Shown here: positions 39,089 through 51,258 of the stretch, one piece after another
Numbering within the stretch: the first letter of the stretch is position 1
Layout: each line of letters starts with the position of its first letter
Origin: Squalus acanthias
Lineage: Eukaryota
NCBI GenBank assembly: GCA_030390025.1
Contig: CM059447.1
Location: forward strand, 41,478,001 to 41,542,000
Direction of reading: 5' to 3'
Length of the DNA: 64,000 nt
Made by a program: the position numbers and the translations under genes
The notes under the pieces: generated by a model
Seen by the model: only the letters and a program-made list of their open reading frames with translations
Told to the model about the DNA's origin: nothing
Database searches by the model: none

Positions 39089-39685
39089 CTGTTCCTGTAA
39101 TCTCCCCATTCCCTGTTAGAATCTGTTCCTGTAATCTCCCCATTCCCTGTTCGTAGCTGTTCCTGTAATCTCCCCATTCCCTGTTCGTAGCTGTTCCTGT
39201 AATCTCCCCATTCCCTGTTCGTAGCTGTTCCTGTAATCTCCCCATTCCCTGTTCGTAGCTGTTCCTGTAATCTCCCCATTCCCTGTTAGAATCTGTTCCT
39301 GTAATCTCCCCATTCCCTGTTAGAATCTGTTCCTGTAATCTCCCCATTCCCTGTTAGAATCTGTTCCTGTAATCTCCCCATTCCCTGTTAGAATCTGTTT
39401 CTGTAATCTCCCCATTCCCTGTTCGTAGCTGTTCCTGTAATCTCCCCATTCCCTGTTAGAATCTGTTCCTGTAATCTCCCCATTCCCTGTTCGTAGCTGT
39501 TCCTGTAATCTCCCCATTCCCTGTTCGTAGCTGTTCCTGTAATCTCCCCATTCCCTGTTAGAATCTGTTCCTGTAATCTCCCCATTCCCTGTTAGAATCT
39601 GTTCCTGTAATCTCCCCATTCCCTGTTAGTAGCTGTTCCTGTAATCTCCCCATTCCCTGTTAGAATCTATTCCTGTAATCCCTCC
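39089..39685. repeat. 34-bp minisatellite, 17 full units plus a partial
   Basis: ctgttcctgtaatctccccattccctgtt followed by agaat or cgtag. Confidence 0.97.
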
Positions 39686-39699
39686 ACTCTGTTCTCATC

Positions 39700-39910
39700 T
39701 GTTGTCACACATGCTGTCTTCCAGCAGGGTTCACTGGAGAGCACTTGGTAACGGGAACCCTGGGCGATTCTCCCCTCCCTCGTCCAGCGACGCTGACCCC
39801 AATCGTGAGCTTGGCTGAGATCGGTTAACTGGGCACAGGGCGGGGATGGAACCTGGGACCAGTCACGACTGTGGCCCACAATGTCATGTGCATGTCCAGT
39901 GCTGAGACAG
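39700..39910 (-). mobile_element. Degenerate tRNA-derived SINE (same family as 44030 and 59234)
   Basis: Reverse complement cccaggttccatccccgccctgtgcccagttaaccgatctcagcc..gggaggggagaatcgcccagggttcc. Confidence 0.5.
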
Positions 39911-40197
39911 CGCATTGGCCTGTCTATCTAAACGATTGAAAAGGAAATATTGTGTGTATGAAAGCCGTTCCCTGCCACTGAGACTGGGGCAGGTGTTGTC
40001 GGCTGAGATTTATCGCTGCTTCTGCTGCAGTAGTTCCTTGCGGTTGACAGTAAAGTCACGATGAAGAATGTTTGCCATGGTCTGCTGCAACCGTGCTTCT
40101 TATTTTAATGTGATGACATTGATCAGAGCAAAAGCAATGACGTTGGAGCCTTCCCACAATCCAATACTCACTCAGAGCCTGGTCTATAAGGAGCACT

Positions 40198-40518
40198 TAG
40201 GGTCGCCAATCATCCAGGAGTGTCCTGGAGTCTCCAGGAATTGAAGGTTAATCTCCCAGACACTGCTGCGAGAAAACCCGGGAGAACAATCATTGGGGCT
40301 TCAAATAAAATTGGTGTTTTCTTCATTTTCTTTGAACGCTTTCATTTGTTAGTTATACAGATATCGGAAGTTTGGAAAAAAAGGCTGTTTGACTGGGCGG
40401 GGTGGTTATAGGCAGGAGGTCATGTGACATCTTACCACATTCAAGGCGCTATATAACTGCAAGTTGCCGTTGTCGAAGGGGCCTCCAGGAATATGGCCAA
40501 CCAGAGCTGGCGTCCCTC
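40198..40518. mobile_element. hAT-like MITE with a short L2 tail inserted
   Basis: tagggtcgccaa..ctggagtctccaggaatt..ccaggaata..ccaaccagagctggcgtccct, similar to 14523. Confidence 0.6.
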
Positions 40519-40682
40519 GGGCCACTGGCGGCCTCGGTGCCTAACAGAGTCCTGCTGAAGGACAACCGACCGAGGGACACGTTCTCAAAATTACAAGACA
40601 AGGCCAGTTTTTAAAAGCCGGGTTCTGCATCTCTGCTTCCCCTAAATCAAGCCAGCGGGGTTGCATTTCACAGGACGCTCCG

Positions 40683-40749
40683 ATGAAGCGCCTTGGGACG
40701 TTTTAAAAGGTTAAAGGCGCTATATAAATGTAAGTTGTTGTTGTTGTTG
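40683..40749 (+). mobile_element. L2 LINE 3' tail
   Basis: aagcgccttgggacg..aaaggcgctatataaatgtaag(ttg)n matches the end of the L2 at 43325. Confidence 0.75.
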
Positions 40750-41375
40750 TAATGGGCCTAAGCTGGGAGCCTCTCCTGGTGAGGAACTGGACCCTCTTGG
40801 TTTTGACTGATTGACCTCACCTACTGGCCAGGCTCGAAGTGCAGGTAAAGGCCTCAAATAGGATTCCATATTGAACATGAAATCACTTTCTTTATCAATC
40901 CATCGGGTCTGATTTAAATACCACAGGAAATCAATCGGTGTGAGAAAGAAAATAGTCTTTTACTCAGTGAGCTGGGGTGCAATTCATTCCCAGCTGAATA
41001 TATTTTTCAATGTTTGGCACAGTAAGGTCAGTAAGAGATTTCATGTAAAATATTGAGATTCCACTCTGCTGATGGTAAGTGTTTTATAATGGAGACAGAT
41101 CGCTTCCTTTTGACTGAAGCCTTCAGATTGTTATTTAACTACTTCACATAGCTACAAATCGCATCATTTCTTTTTGTACCCATGCCTCTGTCACCTCCTC
41201 TCGTACTCCACCCCACAGAAACGTGAACGCTTTCAAAACTGCACATGCACCCCACCCACACACCTTACACCTATCACCCCTATCATCGATGCCCTCCATT
41301 GGCTCCCCAATCCCTAAAACACTGACTTCAAAATCATTGACCTGATTTACAAATCATTTCAGGGCCTCATCGCAT

Positions 41376-41990
41376 TTAAAAAGTACTTGAATATGCACGT
41401 AAGGCTACGGACCAAGAGCTGGAAGGTGGGATTGGGCTGGGTGGCTCTTTATCGGCCGGCACAGACACGATGGGCCAAATGGGCTCCTTCTGTGCCATAA
41501 ATTGCGATGATTTTATGATTCTTCGATGATACTCTGTGTGACTTCCGCTGTTTGGATAGCCCAGTCGGCACCCTGCGCACTTCCAAATCTGTCCCACTGT
41601 GTGTCCTCGCCTCCCTTCGCCCCACCATCAGTCAGTGGGCTTTCAGCCATTGCGGTTAATATAATATGGAATTCTAGGAGCCTGCTCTGCCATTCTATCA
41701 ATTCTATCAATTCATGGCTGATCTGTACCTCAACTCCATTTAGCTGTCAATGCTAAATATCGTTTGATATCCTCACCTAACATAAATCTATCGAGTTCAA
41801 TCTTGAAAGCTCCAATTGTCCCCCAGCATCCACAGCCATTTTGAGGCAGAGAGTTCCAGATTTCCACTACCCTTGGTGTGAAAAAGTGCTTCCTGATTTC
41901 ACTCCTGAACGGCCTGGCACTAATTTTAAGATTACGCCCCCCCCCCCCTTGTTCTGGGCTCTCCCAACAAAGGATATAGTTTCTTTCTGC
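41376..41990. mobile_element. Two CR1 3' fragments (41376-41525 on +, 41665-41990 on -)
   Basis: cacgatgggccaaatgggctccttctgtgc tail; gagagttccagatttccactacccttggtgtgaaaaagtgcttcc. Confidence 0.7.
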
Positions 41991-42916
41991 CCAGACAGAG
42001 ATGAAAATGGTGTTGGGGCTGATGGCTACGATTTTTGACCCCTATTTGCATATGTGGTTCTACGAGGTCAATGGGATGCAAAATGGGACGGGGTGTTTAT
42101 CGTCCCCGTTTACGTCCCCACCTAAGCTGAACTTCACCCCCCCCCTCCCTCCCATGATGTCGGAGGATGTAACTTGTGGGCGAGGCTGGCACGAGTGAGG
42201 GCAGGTAAACAAAGGGCCGCCCTCGGGGGGGCTACCAGCCAGTGTGTGACTTGTGGTGTGCCGCAGGGTTTCATGGGTAAAACAGAATAACCAGGTTTCA
42301 GCAGCCACCCGGCCGATATTGTGTTCACGCAGGGTGTGACCACCATCTCATACTTACATCTACAGGACCGCGCAGGATTACAAAGAGCTGCCAACCTGGA
42401 CCAGAATGACTGGACTTGCATAAGGTAATGGACTGGTCCACAGGTAGAACAGTGAGAGTGGAATCAGCCATGACTTTAAACAGATTGTGCATCCACTCAT
42501 TTTAAAGCGTAATTAGCATTTTTATTGATTTCCATAGTATAATTTATGATCAGTCCATTACAACGCATTATATTAAATTCTAGATTCTATCTATTTAAGT
42601 CGTCAATCCTGCTAACTAACCCGTCCACCCTTGTACCTTTGACTGATTGAGTTACTCACTGCTGACCCTCAGCACAATGGATGAGATTTAAGGAGATTAG
42701 AGTACGGTAATGACACCAGCGAGATTATATTGGAGAGAACAACAGTTAATGGATTTGCCTTCGTGATGTTGATCAGATTAGACTGTGCGCCACATGCCAG
42801 CACAGCACAGACTGTCGAAATCACTGGCACAACGCGCCCCCGGTGGCCCAGTGAATAACTGCACCAATGGGTCCTGCAATGAAACAGGATGAGAGTTCGT
42901 CGATGTTCTTTTACCT

Positions 42917-42954
42917 TCACCTGACGAAGGAGCAGCCGCTCCGAAAGCTTGTGA
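42917..42954 (+). ncRNA. Minimal type I hammerhead ribozyme motif
   Basis: TCAC-CTGACGA-A-GGAGC-agcc-GCTCC-GAA-AGCT-T-GTGA: stem I, core, stem II and palindromic helix III. Confidence 0.8.
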
Positions 42955-43042
42955 TTTCAAATAAAGCTGTTGGACTATAACCTCGTGTTGTGAGACTTCT
43001 CACTTTTGTCCACCCCAGTCCAACACCGGCATCTCCGCATCA
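42917..43042 (+). mobile_element. Penelope-type mini-element (family B, 126 bp)
   Basis: Perfect 9-bp TSD CTTTTACCT (42908-16 / 43043-51); starts with a hammerhead motif. Confidence 0.8.
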
Positions 43043-43322
43043 CTTTTACCTATTGGCACAGGCCAATGAGTGATGAAATTCAGCAAAGTTCGATGCCACC
43101 AGGACAATTTCAAGCACCCGCTCGGAAAGATGGCACCGTTAATGAGAGGAAGTGCCCCGTCAATAAACCTTTAAATGACATGCGTTCAATTTCTGTTAAT
43201 AAACCTATTCCATGTCCACCAGTCGCTGGAGGTTACTCCAGTACCTAAGAATGTTTGTATTAGTTTTGGTATGTAATTTAGTGACACTCCCTTAACAATC
43301 AGTATCAGATGGCATCAATTAC

Positions 43323-43905
43323 ACAACAACAACTTGCATTTATATAGCGCCTTTAATGTAGTAAAACGTCCCAAGGCGCTTCACAGGAGCATAAACCAGA
43401 CAAAAGAAAAGTTGACACCGAACCTAAGATGAAGACATTAGAACAGGTGGTCAAAGAGGTAGGTTTTAAGGAGTGTCTTAAAGGAGGAGAGAGAAGTGGA
43501 GAGGCGGAGAGGTTTAGGGAGGGAATTCCAGAGCTTAGGGCCCAGGCAGCTGAAGGCACGGCCGCCCAATGGTGGAGCGAAGGAAGTGGGGGATGCACAA
43601 GAGGGCCAGAGTTGGAGGAACGCAGAGATCTCAGAGGGTTGTAAGTGCTGGAGGAGGTTACAGAGATAGGGAGGGACGAGGCCATGGAGGGATTTGAACT
43701 CGAGGATGAGAATTTTAAGTTCAAGGCATTGCTGGACCGGGAGCCAATGTAGGTCAGCGAGCACAGGGGTGATGGGCGAACGGGACTTGGTGAGAGTTAG
43801 GATACGGGCAGCAGAGTTTTGGATGAGCTCAAGTTTATGGAGGGTGGAAGATGGGAGGTCGGCCAGGAGAGCGTTGGAATAGTCGAGTCTGGAGGTAACA
43901 AAAGC
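43323..43905 (-). mobile_element. L2 LINE ORF2 C-terminus and 3' tail
   Basis: [57 protein letters not shown]; (ttg)n tail. Confidence 0.9.
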
Positions 43906-44029
43906 AATACAGACTGCTCCAGCCTGAGCACTGAAGGTGGAGCTTGTTACTGTAACCGTATTAAATTTATTCTTGGATTGTAAAGAATAATAATTTTACT
44001 CAATCTAATGTTGAACCACAACATCTAAA

Positions 44030-44326
44030 GGCCCCAGGTTCCATCCTTGGTCTATACTGAGTGAGTTGGTTTCAGCCACAGGGCAGCAGTACAATTGGCC
44101 TCAGTTCCTCCAGACCAGGAGAGGAAGGCTCAGCCCGATTGCCGTCCCATGACTCCTGGCTATCCAGATGAGGGCAGGATCAGGATGAGCGGTAACCCTC
44201 CCTCGAGTCAAATAGCCCACCAACACTCAGTCTCTGATGAGGCACTGGAGGGCTGTCAGTTTCCATGGAATGGTACCCCAGCAAGAGTCTGGGCCTTGGT
44301 GTGAGGAGGGGAGAAGTACTGAGACA
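44030..44326 (+). mobile_element. tRNA-derived SINE, second family
   Basis: cccaggttccatcc B-box-like head; ends ccatggaatggtaccccagcaagagtctgggccttggtgtgaggaggggagaa. Confidence 0.6.
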
Positions 44327-44399
44327 TCTCTCACCGTAATGTGGATCAGGCAGCAATATGCTGATGTTGGACATCATAGGAGCTTAGACTCAACTGAAA

Positions 44400-44692
44400 A
44401 AAGAGAGACTTGCATTTCTACAGCGCTCTTCACATCCTCAGGACATCCCAAAGCACTTTGCAGCCAATGAAGTACTTTTGAAGTGCAGTCACTGTTGTAA
44501 TGTAGGAAACGGGGCAGCAAATTTGCGCACAGCAAGCTCCCACAAACAGCAATGTGACAACATCCTCCAACAGTGCAGCATTCCTTCAGTACTGCACTGG
44601 GAGTCTCAGTCTAGATTTTGGAATGGGACTTGGACCCATGACCTTCTGACTCAGAGGCAAAGAGTGCTGCCCACTGAGCCCCACATCTGACA
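44400..44692 (-). mobile_element. Deu-type SINE with internal deletion
   Basis: Head and tail present, middle missing. Confidence 0.8.
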
Positions 44693-45039
44693 TCGCCATG
44701 ACATGGTTCTGAAAGGCGTCTGGACAATAAGCAGTTAGCCCCACTGTGTCCTGATTGCCCGCCTTTACTGGATTCAGACGGCAAGGTTCAGATTCAGAGC
44801 AGGCGCTGGAAGCATTGACAGGGCTTAGTGAGGCTCACACTGACGTGCACCTGCACTGTTACCCGAGGAATCCATTCTGCTCTGGTGGACTCCGCCCTTT
44901 TATAAATTTGGGCAAATTCCAGATCATTGGAACTACCTAAACCCCAATCACACTGGCACAAGCAGCAGCTGTTCTTAAATTATGGCTCATAACCGTCCAG
45001 TTACCAACAGCTGTGCACCTCTGGATTGTAGAAATCAGC

Positions 45040-45377
45040 ACTTGTCAGAGGTGCCGTCTTTTGGATGAGACGCTAAATTAAAGGCCTGTCTGCCCTCTCA
45101 GGTGGATGTAAAAGATCCCATGGCACTATTTCGAAGAAGAGCAGGGGGAGTTCTCCCCGGTGTCATGGCCAATATTTATCCATCAGCCAACATCACTAAA
45201 ACAGATTAGCTGGTCATTATCTCGTTGCTGTTTGTGGGATCTTGCTGTGCACACTTTGGCTGCCGCGTTTCCTACATTACAACAGTGGCTGCACTTCACA
45301 AGTGCTTGATTGGCTCTAAAGCGCTTTGGGACGTCCTGAGGTTGTGAAAGGCGCTATAGAAATGCAAGTTCTTTCTG
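45040..45377 (+). mobile_element. Deu-type SINE, 5'-truncated
   Basis: tgtcagaggtgccgtcttttggatgagacg...aaaggcgctatagaaatgcaag. Confidence 0.85.
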
Positions 45378-45921
45378 TTGAGTAGGCTAGACAGGCAGTA
45401 CTGTGACCTATTTCACTCTCATTGAAGAGCGGATGTACTGGACACTCAACGGGCACCGGCTAATCCTAGCGTGAAGGCCGAGCGTTACCTCAGGCCCGAG
45501 TGAATCACTCAGACAGCTCCTCGATTAATTATTGAAGCCACAAGAAAAAGCACTGGAACGTGAGAAGATCGGAGGTAAATGAATTTCATGCCTTCCTGAC
45601 GATTAACACCCCTCGGGTGAGAAATTGATAAGAGAGACTTTGAAAATGAGCCGAACAGAACAGGGAGCTGAGCGAGTCGTAACTCAGACATAAAACCAGT
45701 GCTGAAACGACGCCTGCTTCTGCGTGACAAGCAATAGAGCTGGTATTTAATTCTCAGTAATGGAGCAATAAAATCGTGTCACTGCAGGGAGCAGATCCCA
45801 GATAAATAGTTTGCTGTGTTATCAAGAAAACCGCATCTTTCAGCAGTAGCCCCGCTTCAGGCTTTTGGTCTTGCGGTGGGATGTCACAGCTCGAACTGTT
45901 CCCTTCATTAAAGAGATATTG

Positions 45922-48082
45922 CAGCCCAGAAATCGGATAACTCTCAAGCGCACGGTGGGGGTGGGCCACGCCAGTTAGTACCAATGCAGGCAGCACGCAA
46001 TAGCCGTGCTGCCTGCTGATTACAGCTATTCGTGCGTGCAGCTACCCGCGCTATTCATTGGCCGCATGCCCATTGGGAGGGCGACCGATACCGAGAGTCC
46101 AGGGCGCTACTTAAAGGCAGCCGGCACTTCTTGAAGGGGAGGTGCATTCCGGCTGCAAAGACTGTGGGACAACTTGTTTATGATACGGCTGAAGGAGGGA
46201 GAGAGCAAGCCACCAAGGTTCTCTGATGCTGCACTGGAGGCCTTGGTGCAGGCAGTGGAGAGGAGGAGGGACATCCTCTTCCTCCCCCAGGGAGCAGGAA
46301 GACCTCTAGGCATCTGCTCAGAAGGCAGTGGGAGGAGGTTGCTGAGGAAGTCAATCCCAGGAGCATTGCCCCTAGGACATGGCTGCAACGCAGGACAAAA
46401 AATCAATGATCTAACTAGAGTTATCAAGGTACGAAGACGGCGCTCATACTTTCTCGTCACAGTTGCACCACTCACAACCGCATTAATTACACGTTGACAG
46501 CACTCACAACACTCCCTTCCCCCCCCCACACCCTGCACTGTCCTGCAATCGCTGCACCACACTTCACTAAATATCCTTCTCATCGTGCTCACACGCTCAC
46601 CGCTGTTACAGCCCTCACTTACCCAAAACTCACATCTGACACATACACAAACTTTCAGCTATTCCACCATGACAGTCACAATGATGGGCCGAATGGCCTC
46701 CTTCTGTGCCGTTAAGACTCTGACATTCTCCAAACTCCTCACGAGCCTCTCACTAACACACTCTTGCAGGAGAAGGTGGCACAACACCAGGCAACAGGCT
46801 GCCACTGGAGGAGGAAGAGCACATCTGCACACCCTCTCCCTCTCCCCCCTTGAAGAGAGCATCCTGGCTATAATGGAAAGGGGCTGAGCGGAGGCCACGG
46901 CCACTGGTGACGCCGGAGGAGACGCCATGCAGGACTTCTTTGTACCTCATCCTCTTTGCCTCTTCTGACTTCTCCCTCGCCCACACGCTCTGCATGACAA
47001 GCTGCAGTGCCCGCATCTTTCTCTCTAATCTCCCGCACACCACAAGCAAACCCTTGTCCCCCTCTTTCATTTCAGCTGCTGAGGATGTCGACAGCCCTGA
47101 GCCAGTGGAGCAAGAGGAGCCCAGCCTTCCTGAAGATGCACCATCACTTGATCTGCCTCTCGCAGCCACCAGCTCAGATACTGGCACCACCCGGACTTTA
47201 GAGGTTAGGTTAGAGGAGGGATTGGCAAGCGGTGACTCACTGGGCACTAGTGTGCAAGAGCCACGGTAGGGGGATAGGACGCCGCAGATGCCAGCTCACC
47301 AGAGGGCGAGATCGCAGACTAGCTCTGCTGCAGAGGACTCAGATGCTGACTTTGAGGACCCAGGCTATCGAAGAAGGCTCATGGACATACACCGGAGTCT
47401 GCTTGGTGCACTGGGCAGCTTGCGCACGATGTCGTGGGGCATGGAGGAGTCTAGCTCCAACCGGGCGCAAGGCTTTGCACAGAGCTTGAAGACCATTCTG
47501 TCCAACATGGGCCGGGTGGTCAGCACCATCAGCACCATAGTGGAAGCTACCATGGTGAAGTGTCTCATCACAACTCTGACAGCTAACATGACAGCACAAA
47601 CTGTAATGGAAGCTCAGGCCTCTGTCACCTTGGCTTTGGGGGGGTCACTGTTGAAAGTGGCTCCCAGGGCGTCACATCACTCCTGCACTCTGTTGTCCAG
47701 CAGAACCCTAGGAACGCTGTGGTTCCACCGCAGGACAGTGGCCTTGGCTCCATGGGAGAGGCGCTTGCTGTCCTCCCTCAGGACCACAGCATGCCTGCTC
47801 CCCCCGCCAGACTCTCCGCCAGTGCCCTCGCTGCTGCCACGCAGCCAGCCGCCCCAGACTGCTGCAGCCCAGGCCGAGATGCTGCCGTCTACAGCCGGGC
47901 TGCAGCTGCTGGCTCTTGCCGGACGACGATTGCACATCGTCACCCCCTGGAACCCCAGCAAGGCTCCTATTCTTCATGTGTGAGCCTAGACACTGAATCT
48001 GTGTGGGGGGGGGAGGGGGGAGAGGGCACGGGATCCCGTCCCAATCCTGCCCTCCGCAGGCAACCACACTTGCAGAATCTAG
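45922..48082 (+). mobile_element. Harbinger derivative carrying a three-exon Myb/SANT-like gene remnant
   Basis: PRFSDAALEALVQAVERRRDILF..KINDLTRVIK|gtacg (46429); cag|EKVA (46770); cag|AEDV..SLDLPLAATSSD (47076). Confidence 0.8.
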
Positions 48083-48099
48083 CAGGAGAAAATAAAATA

Positions 48100-48545
48100 G
48101 AAAGAATTTGCATTTATATAGCGCCTTTCACAACGACCTCAGGACATCCCAAAGCGCTTGGCAGCCAATGAAGTGCTTTTGAAGTGTAGTCACTGTTGTA
48201 ATGTGGGAAACACAGCAGCCAATTTTCGCACAGCAAGCTCCCACAAACAGCAATGTGATAATGCACAGATAATCTGTTTTAGTGATGTTGGTTGAGGGAT
48301 AAATATTGGCCAGGACACCGGGGATAACTCCCCTGCTCTTCTTCAAATAATGCCATAGGATCTTTTACATCTGCCTGAGAGAGCAGACTTTGCCTCGATT
48401 TAACGTCTCCTCCAAAAGACGGACCTTTCGACAATGCAGCACTCCCTCAGCACTGCACTGGGAGTGTCAGCCTAGGTTATGGGCTCAAGTTTCCGGAGCA
48501 GGATTTAAACTCGCAACCTTCTGACTGAGAGGAGAGCGCGCTACC
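48100..48545 (-). mobile_element. Deu-type SINE
   Basis: Full reverse-complement copy. Confidence 0.85.
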
Positions 48546-48717
48546 AGCAGGAACCATCCCGAGCCCAGGCTCAGCGAGGCCAAGTACAGAGCACCAGATG
48601 GTACCCAGCCAACTCAACACTGACCAAGCATTGAACTTGCAACCTTCTAGGCTCTACGGAGCAGTATCAATCAGTTACTCACTGAAACATAGTTTGCACT
48701 TAATTTTATATATTTTT

Positions 48718-49430
48718 TTTTAATTCATTCCCGAGTTGAGGGCATCGCTGGCAAGGCCGGCATTTAATACCCATCCCTAGTTGCCCTTGAGAAGGTGGTG
48801 GTGAGCCGCCTTCTTGAACCGCTGCAGTCTGTGTGGTGAAGGTACTCCCACAGTGCTGTCAGGGAGGGAGCTCCAGGATTTTGACCCTGCGATGATGAAG
48901 GAAAGAAAAGAAAAAGAAACACTTGCATTTCTATAGCGCCTTTCATGACCACCGGATGGCTCAAAGTGCTTCACAGCCAATGAAGCACTTTCTGAAGTGT
49001 AGTCACTGTTGTAATGTGGGAAACGTGGCAGCCAAATTGCGCACAGCAAGCTCCCACAAACAGCAACGTGATCATGACCAGATAATCTGTTTTTGTTATG
49101 TTGGTTGAGGGATAAATATTGGCCCCAGGGCACCGGGGAGAAATCCCCTGCTCTTCTTCGAAATAGTGGCCCTGGGATCTTTTATGTCCACCCGAGAGGG
49201 CAGAGGGGGCCTCGGTTTAACGTCTCATCTGAAAGACGGCACCTCCGACGGTGCGGCGCTCCCTCAGCACTGCGCTGGGAGTGTCAGCCTAGCTTTATGT
49301 GCTCAAGTTCCTGGAGTGGGACTTGAACCCACAACCTTCTGATGATGTATGTCCAAGTCAGGATGGTATGTGATTTGGAGGGGAACCTGGAGGTGATGGT
49401 TTTCCCTTGCACCTGCTGCCCTTGTCCTTC
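48718..49430 (-). mobile_element. LINE 3' end (CR1/L2 group) interrupted by a SINE
   Basis: SKSWSSLPDSTVGVPSPHRLQRFKKAAHHHLLKGN*; the same tail occurs at 29190-29275. Confidence 0.7.
48901..49342 (-). mobile_element. Deu-type SINE
   Basis: Well-preserved reverse-complement copy that retains CpGs. Confidence 0.88.
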
Positions 49431-50121
49431 TGTGTATTTGGTTTATTCACTAGGATTAAGATATCAATTTGTACCCTTTGGCTGATCATGTTTCGGTTAA
49501 GGACACAGGTGGTTTGATGTATGTCGGACACTATTTTGTGCCTTTTTATGTTCCTTGCATTCGCTGCCCTCAGAAGCCTTTCTTGGACTCCCAATGCCTC
49601 TCGCTGTGCAGACTGCAGCTGACAATTCTTATGTAAACTGCTGGAACAGTCTGTTGCCGCTGAATGCGAATGACGATCGTCCCATTCTGACAAGTCCAGC
49701 TTGCTCGCTGAATGCAGCTGAATATTTCACCTGGGGACCGGTGAAAACAAATGTGAGAGGCTCGTGTCACTTGCTGGAAGCGTGGCCGGGTAAAGCATGA
49801 TGCTGATCCAGGAGATTGAGTTCAGGGAAGTGGAACCGTGTGTCAGCTGCAGTGCACGGGGATGATTGAATATGCTCTGGGGCTAATGTACCACTTTCTT
49901 ACACAGCCAGCCTTCAATCAATCAGCTAACGTTAGCTGATAGCCGTTGACTTGAACGGCAAAATATTTCATGAGGAGAATCAGAGATGGTTTCCTGTTGG
50001 TATTAACTATTATCTGAATGGGTTGGAAACCCCATGAGCCTTGCATTGGGCACTGTGACAATAGCTGAACTTTCACGCTCCATTAAATAAAGAACATTTC
50101 TGTACATTTTTTTTTTTTACA

Positions 50122-50590
50122 GCGTGAGCCATGGTTCAGTGGGTGGCACTCTTGCCTCAGAGTCAGAAGGTTGTGGGTTCAAGTCCCACTCCAGAGACTT
50201 CAGCACATAATCTAGGCTGACACTCCCAGTGCAGTGCTGAGGGAGCGCTGCAATGTCAGAGGTGCCGTCTTTCGGATGAGACGTTAAACCGAGGCCCCGT
50301 CTACTCTCTCAGGTGGACATAAAAGATCCCACAACACTATTTGATGAAGAGCAGTGGAGATCTCCCTGGTGTCCTGGGGCCAATATTTATCCCTCAACCA
50401 ACATCACTAAAAACAGATTATCCGGTCATTATCACATTGTTGTTTGTGGGAGCTTGCTGTGCGCAAATTGACTGCCGCGTTTCCTACATTACAACAGTGA
50501 CTACACTCCAAAAGTATTTCATTGGCTGTAAAGCGCTTTGGGAAGTCCTGAGGTCATGAAAGGTGTTATATAAATGTGAGTCTTTCTGTT
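50122..50590 (+). mobile_element. Deu-type SINE
   Basis: A and B boxes, body and tail. Confidence 0.88.
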
Positions 50591-50829
50591 ACTTTTTTTT
50601 GTTATTTGATCATAGATATGCAGAGTCATGTTTTTGAAATAGCATGTGTTACACAGGGAGTTGGTTTTCCTTATTAAACTGCAAGATGGAGGCCGGAACC
50701 CATTCCGGGCAAATGTTGCAGGCCTGTGAGTGGCATGGACTCTCTCCCTATATGAGTGCAAGCATTCCATGATGCTTAGAATTAGAGGTGTGTTGTCCCT
50801 TTAAATGAAGTGTCCTTGAAGATTAACAT

Positions 50830-51138
50830 CATCCTCTGTGGCCAGGCGAGAGAGGGCTAGTGAGTGTAGATGGTGGTTGAGTGTTTGGAGAGGTTGCCCT
50901 TTGCATTAGTGAGTTCCTCTGACACCCAGGTGCTGAGAGAGGTGAAGAGGTGAGTGAAAGCTCCATTAGTGGGAGAGGTGTGGATTGGCACCAGAACCTT
51001 GACTTACCTTGGCCACCCTTGTGAGGTCATTGAACCTCTTTCTGCACTGTTTGCCAGTTCTTGGGTTGGCGGAGGTTGCATTGACTTCCTCGGCCACCTC
51101 ATCCCTGGACAGCCTGTAGCACCACCTCATGGGGCTTC
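50830..51138 (-). mobile_element. Harbinger Myb/SANT exon 1, 3' half (5' half lies at 57244-57340)
   Basis: DEVAEEVNATSANPRTGKQCRKRFNDLTRVAK|gtaagt; upstream VEVLLVVIRARRDQL lies beyond the Gypsy insertion. Confidence 0.75.
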
Positions 51139-51258
51139 TGTGATATCTTGAGACACAGCATATATATACAACAGCACAACATGGCTTCCGGTAAGAACTG
51201 TACTGCATATGGCTTTATTATTATATACATTAGTAGTCCACCAGGTGGCTCTATTACA
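51139..51258 (-). repeat. 3' LTR (120 bp)
   Basis: TGTAATAG...ATATCACA on minus strand, preceded by PPT AAGGAGAGAGAAG (51259-71); 6 mismatches to the 5' LTR. Confidence 0.95.

Noticed and set aside
39089-39685. CRISPR-like array (34-bp period)
   Set aside because: There are no unique spacers and no cas genes, and the context is vertebrate. It is a head-to-tail minisatellite.
42333-42424. Exon-like segment cag|..AAG|gtaatg on the + strand
   Set aside because: Weak pyrimidine tract, unrecognised peptide and no supporting exons.
47288-47983. 231-aa ORF as a domesticated gene
   Set aside because: It is part of the Harbinger Myb gene exon 3, and the upstream exons carry frameshifts and stops.
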